Assembly: GCA_964653975.1 (NCBI GenBank)
Contig: CAZZIG010000070.1
Coordinates: 3,198-67,197 of the forward strand
DNA from: an uncultured Acidimicrobiaceae bacterium
GTDB lineage: Bacteria > Actinomycetota > Acidimicrobiia > Spongiisociales > ZC4RG35
DNA: 64,000 nt
Direction of reading: 5' to 3'
This document shows positions 1-9,143 of this stretch, in pieces. The first letter of the stretch is position 1. Each line of letters opens with the position of its first letter. The position numbers were made by a program, and so were the translations under genes. The notes under the pieces were generated by a model. The model worked only from the letters and a program-made list of their open reading frames with translations, ran no database searches and was not told the DNA's origin.

Positions 1-1237
1 TCACGACGATCACCGTCCCCGCGCGGTCGACGTTGAAGATGGGCATCCCGTAGATCGGCGAGCCCGGGTCGTCCCGGGCCGACGGGTTGACCACGTCGTT
101 GGCCCCGAGGATCAGAACAACGTCGGTCTGGGGGAGTTGAGGGTCGGCCTGCTCCAGGTCGAGCAGTTGCTCATACGGCACATCCGCCTCGGCGAGCAGG
201 ACGTTCATGTGCCCGGGCATCCTGCCGGCCACCGGGTGGATGGCGTAGTGCACCTTCGCTCCCCGATCCTCCAACGCATCGGCCAGCTCACGGGCCGCAT
301 GCTGGGCTTGGGCCACGGCCAGACCGTATCCGGGGACGATCATCACCGAGTCGGCATAGGCGAGTGTGATCGCCGCGTCCTCGGGTGTGGCCCGTTTCAC
401 CGGCTTGTCCGACATGGTCGCCGCCTCCGTTGCCCCTTCGGTACCGAAACCGGCGAAGAGCACATTGGCGAGCGACCTGTTCATCGCCTCGGTCATCTGG
501 ACGGTCAGGATCAGCCCGGCAGCCCCCACGAGAGCGCCACCGATGATGAGCGGGTTCGACTCGATGACGAAGCCGGCCGCCGCCGCTGCCAGACCCGAGA
601 ACGAGTTGAGCAGAGAGATCACCACGGGCATGTCCGCGCCGCCGATGGGGACGACGGTCATGATCCCGAGCAACAGCGCCAGCCCGGCGACGACCCAGTA
701 GCCGGTTTCATTCCCGGTGACGCCCGCCCAGACCGCGAACCCGATCACCGCCACCACGAGGAGACCGTTGACGATCCTCTGGCCGGTGAACAGGAGGGGC
801 CGCCCGGGAACCAGCCCCTGCAGCTTCGAGAAGGCGACGAAGCTGCCGGTGAAGGTGATCCAGCCGATGATCACCGAGATCAGGATCGTGACGATGGTCT
901 CCGCCGGGAGCCCGCCCATGTCCGACTCGACTACTTCGGTGGCGGCGACCAACGCCGAGGCGGCACCACCCAACCCGTTGAATATGGCGACCATCTGCGG
1001 CATGGCGGTCATCTGAACGCGCACGGCCGCCCAGCCGCCGAGGATCGCACCGATGACGAGCCCGCCGGCGACAACCCCCCAGTTCAGTATCCCCTCCGTG
1101 ATCAGGGTGATCACGATGGCGGCCAGCATCCCCAGGGCGGCGATCCGATTACCCGACCGGGCCGTCCGCGGGGAGCCGAGACGTTTCAGCCCGACGATGA
1201 ACGCGACGGCCGACGCAAGGTAGAGAATGGTGGTCAC
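1..1237 (-). CDS. pntB: NAD(P) transhydrogenase beta subunit PntB; partial, the C-terminal part continues past the window start
   Basis: Reverse-strand translation from GTG at 1237 (GTGA overlap with the pntAB stop) gives MTTILYLASAVAFIVGLKRLGSP...GMPIFNVDRAGTVIVV, the typical PntB multi-TM plus NADP(H)-binding domain. Not in the ORF track because it runs off the edge. Confidence 0.88.
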   Translation of the reverse strand, partial: MTTILYLASAVAFIVGLKRLGSPRTARSGNRIAALGMLAAIVITLITEGILNWGVVAGGLVIGAILGGWAAVRVQMTAMPQMVAIFNGLGGAASALVAATEVVESDMGGLPAETIVTILISVIIGWITFTGSFVAFSKLQGLVPGRPLLFTGQRIVNGLLVVAVIGFAVWAGVTGNETGYWVVAGLALLLGIMTVVPIGGADMPVVISLLNSFSGLAAAAAGFVIESNPLIIGGALVGAAGLILTVQMTEAMNRSLANVLFAGFGTEGATEAATMSDKPVKRATPEDAAITLAYADSVMIVPGYGLAVAQAQHAARELADALEDRGAKVHYAIHPVAGRMPGHMNVLLAEADVPYEQLLDLEQADPQLPQTDVVLILGANDVVNPSARDDPGSPIYGMPIFNVDRAGTVIVV

Positions 1238-1539
1238 CGCTGGGGCCGCCCCCTCTCCGACCTGCTCTTGAACATCTCCAGCATCCGGTCGGTGACCAGA
1301 AAGCCCCCGACGACGTTGACCGTGGCAGTGACGACTGCGAGGAGACCGAGGATCTGGGCCAGGGGAGTCGCCCCCAGGCCGGCGGCGCTGAGAGCCCCGA
1401 TGATGGTGATCCCTGAGATGGCGTTGGCACCCGACATCAGGGGGGTGTGCAGGGTGGGCGGCACCTTGCTTATCACCTCGAAACCGACGAACGCGGCGAG
1501 GACGAACACGGTGATGCCGACGAGGAGGGCGCTCACGAC
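1234..1539 (-). CDS. pntAB: NAD(P) transhydrogenase alpha subunit part 2 (small membrane subunit)
   Basis: FVGFEVISKVPPTLHTPLMSGANAISGITIIGAL...VVGGFLVTDRMLEMFK is the PntA-II signature. The start is probably the GTG just after the pntAA stop; the track ORF is over-extended at its 5' end. Confidence 0.8.
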   Translation of the reverse strand, partial: VVSALLVGITVFVLAAFVGFEVISKVPPTLHTPLMSGANAISGITIIGALSAAGLGATPLAQILGLLAVVTATVNVVGGFLVTDRMLEMFKSRSERGRPQR

Positions 1540-2666
1540 TCCACCTCGAGACCCATCGCCCGACGCACCACCGAATGGGTCACCCGTCCGTCGTGGGTGA
1601 TGCACGCCTCGGAGACGATCTCGTTCTCGAAGTCGTAGACCCGCTGACCGTCTTCGTCGGTGATCCTGGTTACGAACGAGGCCAGATTCCGGGCGTACAT
1701 CTGAGAGGCGTCATGGGCGACCCGGCCCGGGAGGTCGGTCGGGCCGATCACCTTCACACCGTCGACGTCGACCGTCTCCCCGGGTCGGGTCAGCTCGCAA
1801 TTGCCACCCGAGGGGGCGGCCACGTCGACGATAACCGAGCCGGGTCGCATCCCCTCCACCATCTCCCGGGAAACGAGAAGTGGCGCCGGCGAACCGGGGA
1901 TTTGGGCGGTGGTTATCACCACGTCGGAATCGGCGACCACCTTGGCGAGGGCGTCCTGCTGTCTCCGTTGGGTCTCGTCGGAGACCTCCTTGGCGTAGCC
2001 GGTGGCGGCAGCCGCCGACTCGTCTACCGGAGCAGCTACGAAACGGGCACCGAGACTCTCGATCTGCTCTCGGACCTCGGGCCTGATGTCGTAGGCGGAC
2101 ACCGAGGCCCCCAGCCGGCGGGCGGTGGCGATGGCCTGCAACCCGGCGACACCCGCCCCTAGAACGAGGAGTTTCACCGGTGGGATGGTCCCTGCGGCGG
2201 TGGTGAGCATCGGGAAGAAGCGTGGTGTGGCCGCAGCGGCGACGAGCACGGCGTGATATCCAGCCGCAGTGGCCTGGGATGACAGGGCGTCCATGCTCTG
2301 CGCCAATGTGGTGCGAGGGATCGCCTCCATGGCGAAGGAAGTGATGCGACGTCTCGCCAGCACCGAGACCAGATCCTTGGCCGAGAAGGGGTCGAGAAAG
2401 CCGACCAGGGCAGAGCCCTCCGGATATCGGGACGCCTGCTCAGCGGTGGGCGGGCCCACGACGGTGATCAGTTCGACGCCGGGAAAGGGGTCGGCGGCCA
2501 CCTCCGCTCCCACGTCACGATAGGCCTGATCGGAGAAACCAGCCTCGCCTCCGGCGCCGGTCTCGACGACGACCGAGTGACGGTCTTCGATGAGCCGCAG
2601 CGCCACCTGGGGGGTCAGGGACACACGTCGCTCATGCGGCGATTCGACAGGCACGGCTATTCGCAT
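1533..2666 (-). CDS. pntAA: NAD(P) transhydrogenase alpha subunit part 1 (alanine-dehydrogenase-like NAD-binding domain)
   Basis: MRIAVPVESPHERRVSLTP...LVLGAGVAGLQAIATARRLGASV (Rossmann fold); first gene of a pntAA-pntAB-pntB operon. Confidence 0.9.
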   Translation of the reverse strand: MRIAVPVESPHERRVSLTPQVALRLIEDRHSVVVETGAGGEAGFSDQAYRDVGAEVAADPFPGVELITVVGPPTAEQASRYPEGSALVGFLDPFSAKDLVSVLARRRITSFAMEAIPRTTLAQSMDALSSQATAAGYHAVLVAAAATPRFFPMLTTAAGTIPPVKLLVLGAGVAGLQAIATARRLGASVSAYDIRPEVREQIESLGARFVAAPVDESAAAATGYAKEVSDETQRRQQDALAKVVADSDVVITTAQIPGSPAPLLVSREMVEGMRPGSVIVDVAAPSGGNCELTRPGETVDVDGVKVIGPTDLPGRVAHDASQMYARNLASFVTRITDEDGQRVYDFENEIVSEACITHDGRVTHSVVRRAMGLEVES

Positions 2667-2685
2667 CGTCTCCGACGCTAACGCC

Positions 2686-4350
2686 TCAATCCGCCTCGGT
2701 CAGGTCGAGCTCGGTGACGTCGGCGTCATCCCCCAACGCTGCCAGAGCCGAACGCAACGCTTCCCGGGCCCTGGCCGCCGACTCCGGGTCGAGGCTCTTG
2801 GGGTCGAGGGTGAGGTTGAACGCGCCAATCTCGGTCCTGATGGTTTCTCCCAGATCGAAGTCGCTGTACTCCCCCACCACCTCGTAGGTCCGCAACGGAT
2901 GGCTGATGCCCTTCAGGCCCTGCTCACCCAACGGCCGGCAGTAGATGTCGTCTTTGACCAGCATGTAGGTGGAGTGCGAGATCTGGATCTGATCGGGAGC
3001 GGCCGACGACTCGAGACGTGAGGCGGTGTTCACCGCCGCTCCCACGATGGTGTAGTCGAGACGGGCCTCCGACCCGAAGTTACCCACGGTGCAGTAGCCC
3101 GTGTTGATCCCCATGCGGGCGTGCATGGGCTCGGGCCCGACCCGATCCTCCCATTGGGCGCGCAACTCCTCGATCCGCCGTCGCATCCGCAGCGCCATCC
3201 GGACACAGGCGAGGGCGTCTTCTTTGCGTCCCCTGGTCTCCGGGTCTCCGAAGAAGATCATGATGCCGTCGCCTATGAACTTGTCGACCGTGCCACCGCA
3301 CCCGTCGGCGATCGACGCCATCTCACTCAGGTACGAGTTGAGGATCTCGCTGATCTGTTCGGCCTCGAGACGGTCGGTGAGGTCGGTGAACCCCTCGATG
3401 TCGGAGAAGAACACCGTGAGCTCCTTGCGGTACGACTGAACCCGCACCTCGGTTCGACCTTCGAAGATGGAGTCGTATACCTGCCTGGAGAGATACTTGG
3501 CCAGTTTCGCCGACAGCGCCTCCAGCTGTTCGTTCTTCTCGTTCAGTGACTTGTTGGCCAGATGTAGGGCATGTTCGGCCACTTTCCGCTCGGTGATGTC
3601 CCGGATGATCCCGCTGTAGAAGCGCTCACCTCCGACATCCCAGGTGGCCAGGGAGAGCTCGATCGGGAACTCCCTGCCGTCCCGGTCGAGGGCGGCCAAT
3701 TCAACCGTCTTGCCGATGACGTGATGCTCGCCACCGGAGCCGACCCGCTCCAGACCTTCGGCATGCGCCCCGCGGAACCTGTCTGGGATGACCGCGTCGA
3801 GAGTCTCTCCGATCATCTCCTCCCTCGTGTATCCGAACATCTCCACGGCCCCCTGGTTCCAGACCACGATCGTGCCCGTGGCGTCGATCGAGATCACCGC
3901 GTCGTTCGCCGACTGGAGGATTGCGTCGAGCCTCTGCTCGGATAAGGAGAGAGCGCGGGTCAGGGCGGTGCGCTCGGTGATGTCACGGATGATGCCGGAG
4001 AAGAATCGGTCATCGCCCTGCAACCAGGTCGCCAATGAGAGTTCGATGGGGAATTCGCTGCCGTCTCTGTGCAAGCCGAACACTTCGACGGTGCGGCCGA
4101 TGATCCGGGTCTCCCCGGTTGCGACCACCCGCTCGAAACCCTCGGTGTGAGCGGCCCGGAACCGCTCCGGCACGAGAGTGGCGAGTCGCTTTCCGACCAT
4201 CTCGTCGTCGCGATAGCCGAACATCGCGGCGGCCGCCGGGTTCGCGGCCACGATGATCCCGTTGGCGTCCGCGGTCACGATCGCATCCGCCGCCGTGTTG
4301 AATATCGCGTCGAACGACCCCGCCGAGATCCCACCGTTGCCCGTGCTCAC
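2686..4350 (-). CDS. tandem PAS-domain sensor fused to a class III adenylate/guanylate cyclase
   Basis: Two PAS repeats (…FPIELSLATW…SGIIRDITER… appears twice), then the CHD cyclase motifs FSDIEGFTDLT…KFIGDGIMIFFGDP…GINTGYCTVGNFG. Confidence 0.85.
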   Translation of the reverse strand: MSTGNGGISAGSFDAIFNTAADAIVTADANGIIVAANPAAAAMFGYRDDEMVGKRLATLVPERFRAAHTEGFERVVATGETRIIGRTVEVFGLHRDGSEFPIELSLATWLQGDDRFFSGIIRDITERTALTRALSLSEQRLDAILQSANDAVISIDATGTIVVWNQGAVEMFGYTREEMIGETLDAVIPDRFRGAHAEGLERVGSGGEHHVIGKTVELAALDRDGREFPIELSLATWDVGGERFYSGIIRDITERKVAEHALHLANKSLNEKNEQLEALSAKLAKYLSRQVYDSIFEGRTEVRVQSYRKELTVFFSDIEGFTDLTDRLEAEQISEILNSYLSEMASIADGCGGTVDKFIGDGIMIFFGDPETRGRKEDALACVRMALRMRRRIEELRAQWEDRVGPEPMHARMGINTGYCTVGNFGSEARLDYTIVGAAVNTASRLESSAAPDQIQISHSTYMLVKDDIYCRPLGEQGLKGISHPLRTYEVVGEYSDFDLGETIRTEIGAFNLTLDPKSLDPESAARAREALRSALAALGDDADVTELDLTEAD

Positions 4351-4387
4351 CGAGCCAGGTTACGCCGACGCCCCAAACCCTGCCTGC

Positions 4388-4507
4388 TTTCCTCAGGAAG
4401 TGGGACCCGTATGTGGGTCTCTCCGCCTCGAGAATTTCTCGAGGCGGAGAGACCCACATTTCTCGAGGCGGTACGGCCCGGATACGGGCCGTACTTCCTG
4501 AGGAAAG
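4388..4507. repeat. cluster of nested perfect palindromes (putative structured leader RNA or miniature inverted-repeat element)
   Basis: Outer 15-bp inverted repeat ctttcctcaggaagt (4388-4402) / acttcctgaggaaag (4493-4507). Inside it: a ~45-nt perfect palindrome gtgggtctctccgcctcgagaa|t|ttctcgaggcggagagacccac (4413-4458), a 14-nt direct repeat atttctcgaggcgg (4434-4447 and 4458-4471), and a 10-bp hairpin gtacggcccg-gata-cgggccgtac (4471-4494). Confidence 0.7.
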
Positions 4508-4516
4508 TATCACCAC

Positions 4517-4539
4517 GTTAGTGACTAACATCTGATGTT
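4517..4539. promoter_or_regulatory. two overlapping 13-nt odd palindromes directly abutting the TetR start (putative TetR operators)
   Basis: gttagtGactaac (4517-4529) and aacatcTgatgtt (4527-4539), each a perfect inverted repeat around a central base; the TetR GTG start is at 4540. Confidence 0.55.
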
Positions 4540-5100
4540 GTGAGCCGGAGTGAGGAAACCAGACGGCGTCTCCAGGAGGAGGCGATCAGATTGTTCACGA
4601 CGCGGGGGTTCGACGACGTCACCGTCGAAGAGGTGGCCAGGGCCGCCGGGGTATCGCACATGACCTTCTTCCGCAACTTCCCCACCAAGGAGGCAGTTGT
4701 GCTCGACGACCCTTACGACCCCGTCCTCGGAGCCGCCGTGGGCGCCCAGGACGACTCTCTTCCCCCGCTGGAGAGAGTGAGGCGCGGTGTGCTCGAGGCG
4801 TGGGAGGGGGTCGAAGAGCCTGGTGACGAGATGACCCGCGCCCGCATCGAACTGGCCGCGACTCACCCAGGGTTGCGAGCCAGGGTGTGGGAGAACAACC
4901 GGATCACCGAGCAGGTCATCGTCGACGCACTCACGACGAGTGGAGTGTCCGCACTGGACGCGCGAATCGCGGCAGGGGCGGCACTCGGGGCGCTCACCGC
5001 CGCCCTCTTCGACTGGGCCGACAACCCCACGGGAGACTCCCTCGGCGACCGGGTGCGCCGGGCGATGCACCTGCTCGCACCGGTCGGGGCCAGTCGATGA
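4540..5100 (+). CDS. TetR/AcrR family transcriptional regulator
   Basis: N-terminal HTH RRRLQEEAIRLFTTRGFDDVTVEEVARAAGVSHMTFFRNF; stop overlaps the start of the downstream ABC ATPase (ATGA). Confidence 0.85.
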   Translation: MSRSEETRRRLQEEAIRLFTTRGFDDVTVEEVARAAGVSHMTFFRNFPTKEAVVLDDPYDPVLGAAVGAQDDSLPPLERVRRGVLEAWEGVEEPGDEMTRARIELAATHPGLRARVWENNRITEQVIVDALTTSGVSALDARIAAGAALGALTAALFDWADNPTGDSLGDRVRRAMHLLAPVGASR

Positions 5101-5825
5101 CCCTTCCACTGGCCACCGAGGACGTGCGTCGCCACTTCGGCGCCGAAAAGGCGGTCGACGGGGTCGATATCGGGGTCGCCGCCGGTGAGATCCACGCCGT
5201 CGTGGGTCTCAATGGCGCCGGCAAGACCACCCTGATGAGACTCCTCCTCGGCATGCTCCGCCCCGATACCGGCCGGGCCACCGTCTTCGGCCACGATGCC
5301 CACCGTGCGCCTCCTCAGACCTGGAGTCGGGTCGGCCATCTCATCGAGACGCCTTTCGCCTACCCGGATCTGACCGTCCGGGAGAACGTGGCCGCCGCCG
5401 CCCTCCTCCACGGGCGCGACCAGCGACACGATCGCGCAGTCGACGAGGTCATCGCCGACTTCGAACTGGGCCATTGGGCCGATCGCAGGGCGTCGACTCT
5501 CTCGTTGGGCAACAGACAGCGGTTGGGGCTGGCTTCCGCCCTGGTCCACGAACCCGCGGTGGTGGTCCTCGACGAGCCCGCCAATTCTCTCGACCCGGCC
5601 GGGGTGGTGTTCGTCCGCGACTTGTTGACCGCCTACGCCGAACGTGGCGTCGCCGTGTTGGTCTCCAGCCACCACCTCGACCAGCTCGCCCGCGTCGCGC
5701 ACACGATCACTGTGATGCACCGGGGACTGGTCGTGGGCGCACTCGATCCTGGGGGTGTCGACCTAGAGCAGAGATTCTTCGACCTCGTCCACCAACACGA
5801 CCTCGAGATGGGAGCCAGGTCGTGA
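5097..5825 (+). CDS. ABC transporter ATP-binding protein
   Basis: Walker A GLNGAGKTT, signature LSLGNRQRL, Walker B VVVLDEP. The true start is the ATG at 5097 overlapping the TetR stop; the track ORF is over-extended upstream. Confidence 0.9.
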   Translation: MTLPLATEDVRRHFGAEKAVDGVDIGVAAGEIHAVVGLNGAGKTTLMRLLLGMLRPDTGRATVFGHDAHRAPPQTWSRVGHLIETPFAYPDLTVRENVAAAALLHGRDQRHDRAVDEVIADFELGHWADRRASTLSLGNRQRLGLASALVHEPAVVVLDEPANSLDPAGVVFVRDLLTAYAERGVAVLVSSHHLDQLARVAHTITVMHRGLVVGALDPGGVDLEQRFFDLVHQHDLEMGARS

Positions 5826-6589
5826 GGGCCGCCTTGCGTGTCGAATGGCTGAAGTTGCGACGATCGCCGGTCACTCTGGTCGCCACCATCCTCACCGGTT
5901 TGCTGCTCCCTGCGATGGGGCTCGGCTTCTACACCGTGGCGATAAACGGCGGTGTCGGTGCCCTCGCCGACAAGGCGGCGGCCTTCCTGGTCGGCGAGGG
6001 ATGGGTCGGCTATCTCGGACTCGTCGACCAGATCGCCGCGGTGGCCGTGTTCCTGGGTGCCGGGGTGGTCGTCGCCTGGGTTTTCGGTCGGGAACACGTC
6101 GATCGCACCTTTGCGTCGTTGTTCGCACTCACTGTCCCTCGTGCCACGATCGCGCTGGCCAAGTTCGTTGTCCTGAGTGCGTGGATCGTCGTGCTGGCCG
6201 TGGTCATCGGCGGTGTCGCCGTCTTCTTCGGCATCGTCGGCGGGGTCGGCCCCCTCGACGCCGCGATTGTCGGTGGGGCGACGGCGCGGCTCATGATCGT
6301 CGCCGTAAGCGCCGGACTGCTCGCCTTGACCATGGGATACGCCGCCAGTTTGGGTAGGGGATACCTCCCCGCCATCGCCGCTATGGCCGTGATCATCGCT
6401 GCCGCCCAGGTGGCCGTGCTGTTCGGGACCGGCGGTTGGTTCCCGTTCGCCGTCCCCGGGCTGATGGCGGTAGCGGGTGCCGAGGGCGCACCCGACCTGA
6501 ACCCGGCCCAGATCGGCTTGGTCCCCGCCGTGGCCTTGGCCTCGATCTGGGTGACCACCCGATGGTGGGGAAAAGCCGAGGTCGTCTGA
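5822..6589 (+). CDS. ABC-2 family transporter permease
   Basis: GTG at 5822 overlaps the ATPase stop (GTGA). Hydrophobic multi-TM protein MRAALRVEWLKLRRSPVTLVATILTGLLLP…; the 371-aa track ORF is an upstream over-extension. Confidence 0.75.
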   Translation: MRAALRVEWLKLRRSPVTLVATILTGLLLPAMGLGFYTVAINGGVGALADKAAAFLVGEGWVGYLGLVDQIAAVAVFLGAGVVVAWVFGREHVDRTFASLFALTVPRATIALAKFVVLSAWIVVLAVVIGGVAVFFGIVGGVGPLDAAIVGGATARLMIVAVSAGLLALTMGYAASLGRGYLPAIAAMAVIIAAAQVAVLFGTGGWFPFAVPGLMAVAGAEGAPDLNPAQIGLVPAVALASIWVTTRWWGKAEVV

Positions 6590-6615
6590 ACGACTCCCAT
6601 CTAGCCTCACCCGAC

Positions 6616-7788
6616 ATGATCGACGTCTCCCGAGCCCGGGCCATGACCCCGGGATCCGGCGAGCGGGCCCATCTCAACAATGCCGGCGCCGCTCTGATGA
6701 CACAGGGAGTCCTCGAGACAACGGTTGCCCATCTCGAGTTGGAGACGCGCATAGGTGGCTACGAGGCGGCCCGCACCGCCAGCGAACGGTTCGACGCGGT
6801 GTACACCTCGATCGCCGCTCTCATCGGGGCATCTCCCGGCGAGATAGCCATTGTCGACAACGCCACCGCCGCCTGGCACCTCGCCTTCCAGTCGGTTCCT
6901 CTGAAGGAGGGCGACGTGATCCTGACCGCGGAGGCGGAGTACGCCACCAACTACATCATGTATCTGAAGACGGCACGGGAGCACTGTGTCGAGATCCGCG
7001 TGATCCCGAGCGACGAGACGGGCCAACTCGACGCGGCGAAGTTGAAGGACGCGGTCGACGAGCGCACCGGGCTCATCTCAGTGAGCCACGTCCCCACCAA
7101 CGGAGGGCTCATCAACCCCGCCGCCGAGATAGGGGCGGTGGCCAGGGACGCCGGGGTCCCCTTCCTGCTGGATGCCTGCCAGTCGGTCGGCCAACTCGCC
7201 GTCGACGTCGCCGAGGTCGGCTGCGACTTCCTGACCGCCACGGGGCGCAAGTTCCTCCGAGCCCCCCGTGGCACCGGCTTCCTCTACGTCCGGTCGGAGA
7301 TGCTCCGCGACCTCGAGCCTCCCCTCATCGACATGCACGGAGCCGATTGGGTCGAACCCGACCGATACGAGCTGCGCCCCACCGCTCGCCGCTACGAGAC
7401 CTGGGAGTTCAACCACGCCGCGGTCCTCGGTCTGGGCGCCGCAGTCGACGAGGCCCTCGATTGGGGGATCGGAGACATCGAGGATCGGGTCATCCGGTTG
7501 GGCACTCTCCTCCGCGACAAGCTGGTGGAGGCCGGTTTCGAGACCTATGACATCGGTCGCCGGTTGTGTGCCATCGTCACCACCAGAGTCCCCGGCGTCG
7601 AGGCGCCCGAGGTGATGGATCGTCTCTTCGCGCAGGGGATCAACGTGTCGGTGACCCCACCGTCCTCGACGCTGATCGACGCCCGGAGACGAGACCTGCC
7701 CGACCTGATCCGGCTCTCCCCGCATTACTACAACACCGAAGACGAGCTCGACAGGGCTGTCGACGCCCTGGTCGCTCTCCGCCCGTGA
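6616..7788 (+). CDS. class V aminotransferase (cysteine desulfurase / isopenicillin-N epimerase-like PLP enzyme)
   Basis: MIDVSRARAMTPGSGERAHLNNAGAALM…SVSHVPTNGGLINP…LLDACQSVGQLAVDV…TATGRKFLRAPRGTGFLYV (the PLP-lysine region). Confidence 0.85.
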   Translation: MIDVSRARAMTPGSGERAHLNNAGAALMTQGVLETTVAHLELETRIGGYEAARTASERFDAVYTSIAALIGASPGEIAIVDNATAAWHLAFQSVPLKEGDVILTAEAEYATNYIMYLKTAREHCVEIRVIPSDETGQLDAAKLKDAVDERTGLISVSHVPTNGGLINPAAEIGAVARDAGVPFLLDACQSVGQLAVDVAEVGCDFLTATGRKFLRAPRGTGFLYVRSEMLRDLEPPLIDMHGADWVEPDRYELRPTARRYETWEFNHAAVLGLGAAVDEALDWGIGDIEDRVIRLGTLLRDKLVEAGFETYDIGRRLCAIVTTRVPGVEAPEVMDRLFAQGINVSVTPPSSTLIDARRRDLPDLIRLSPHYYNTEDELDRAVDALVALRP

Positions 7789-8405
7789 CCGGTGAGCGCC
7801 TGGGCGGCTCGGGGGCTGTGCTCACGGTGGAACTCGAGCGGGCCCGCAGCGCCGGCGAGGCCGGCCAGGCGGTCATCTTGGTCGAAGGGGTGAGCGATCA
7901 GCGGGCGGTGGAATCGCTCGCCAAACGCCACGAGCGAGACCTCGAAGCCGAGAACACCACGGTCATCCCGATCGCCGGGGCGACCAACCTCGCACGTTTC
8001 CTCGACCTGCTCGGCCCCGACGGTCACGGTGTCCCTCTCGCCGGACTCTGTGACGCCGGCGAGGAGCTCGAGTTCAGCCGCACTCTGGAAGCCGCTGGTG
8101 TCGGGCTTCGCTTCGACCGGGTCGGCATGGAGCAGGCGGGCTTCTACGTTTGCGTGACGGACCTCGAGGACGAGTTGATCCGCGCCCTGGGGGCCGACCG
8201 CATGGTGGAGCTCATCGAGTCGCAGCGTCACCTGAGGCGGTTCCGCAGCTTCCAGAACCAGCCCGCCCAACGTCACAAGACGGTCGAGCAACAACTGTGG
8301 CGGTGGCTGGGCAACCACAAGATCCGCTACGCCCCGCTCATGGTCGACGCCCTCGACCTCGACGCGGTGCCCCGACCGCTCCGCGGCGTCCTGGCTCACC
8401 TGTGA
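7785..8405 (+). CDS. small Toprim-like (OLD-family-nuclease C-terminal-domain-like) protein, translationally coupled to the aminotransferase
   Basis: GTG at 7785 overlaps the upstream stop (GTGA). AVILVEGVSDQRAVESLA…VIPIAGATNLARFL…LCDAGEE…VCVTDLEDEL resembles a Toprim Glu / DxD acidic core. Assignment is from motif recall only. Confidence 0.4.
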   Translation: MTGERLGGSGAVLTVELERARSAGEAGQAVILVEGVSDQRAVESLAKRHERDLEAENTTVIPIAGATNLARFLDLLGPDGHGVPLAGLCDAGEELEFSRTLEAAGVGLRFDRVGMEQAGFYVCVTDLEDELIRALGADRMVELIESQRHLRRFRSFQNQPAQRHKTVEQQLWRWLGNHKIRYAPLMVDALDLDAVPRPLRGVLAHL

Positions 8406-8411
8406 ACCGAA

Positions 8412-9143
8412 TTACTCGCGGCGGAGCAGCCGATAAGCGATGAGGGCGGTGGCCACGGCGATCGCACCCAGCGCCAACAGCGCCGTGGTGTCGAGCCCCT
8501 CGCCATTCCAGGGTCGGCTCACCGCCGAGATCACCAAGCCGATCGGTGTCACCTCGACGAAGTCGTTGATCGCGTCGGGAAGCAACGACGGTGGCGGGCC
8601 TCCGCCGGCGATGAAGAACAGGCCGAAGAAGATCAGCAACCCGACCCCTTGAGCGGCGCGTGCGGTGGGGAGTAGGGCGCCGAGAACGAGCCCGATGCCG
8701 GTGAAGGCGACGACTCCGGCGAACAGGCCAACCACCACCCCGCCGGGAGACTCGGGTGGGGTCAGGTCGGCGGTGGCGAAACCGGCGATGATCGCCAGGG
8801 CCGAGCCCACCGCCACGATCACGGTGGTGATGGCCAGTTGTGAGCCCATGTAGACGCCGGGCCGCACACCTGAGGCCCGGTAGCGACGGAGGACACCCTC
8901 TTGTCGATAGCTCGCAACGTGGGTGGGCACGCCGAGGAGACCCATCACGGCGACGGCTGCGGTGGCGTACACGGGCACGTAGAAGTCGGTGCCGCCGACA
9001 CCACCGAAGTCGGGGTCGGGGTCGTTGCCGAACGAGGTTCCCAACAACACCAACAGGACCAGAGGAAAGAGGACACCGACGAGGAGCGTGAGAGGCTCCC
9101 GTGCCAGCAACTTGGTTTCGGTCCAGGCGAGATGCAGGGTCAT
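8412..9143 (-). CDS. ABC-2 family transporter permease
   Basis: Six predicted TM segments (MTLHLAWTETKLLAREPLTLLVGVLFPLVLLVLLG…); start overlaps the stop of the upstream ATPase. Confidence 0.75.
   Translation of the reverse strand: MTLHLAWTETKLLAREPLTLLVGVLFPLVLLVLLGTSFGNDPDPDFGGVGGTDFYVPVYATAAVAVMGLLGVPTHVASYRQEGVLRRYRASGVRPGVYMGSQLAITTVIVAVGSALAIIAGFATADLTPPESPGGVVVGLFAGVVAFTGIGLVLGALLPTARAAQGVGLLIFFGLFFIAGGGPPPSLLPDAINDFVEVTPIGLVISAVSRPWNGEGLDTTALLALGAIAVATALIAYRLLRRE

Noticed and set aside
137-1600. 487-aa plus-strand ORF (and nested 366..701, 717..1016 ORFs)
   Set aside because: Antisense to the strongly supported pntB/pntAB genes; Arg/Gly/Asp/His-rich low-complexity translation typical of open frames in high-GC DNA.
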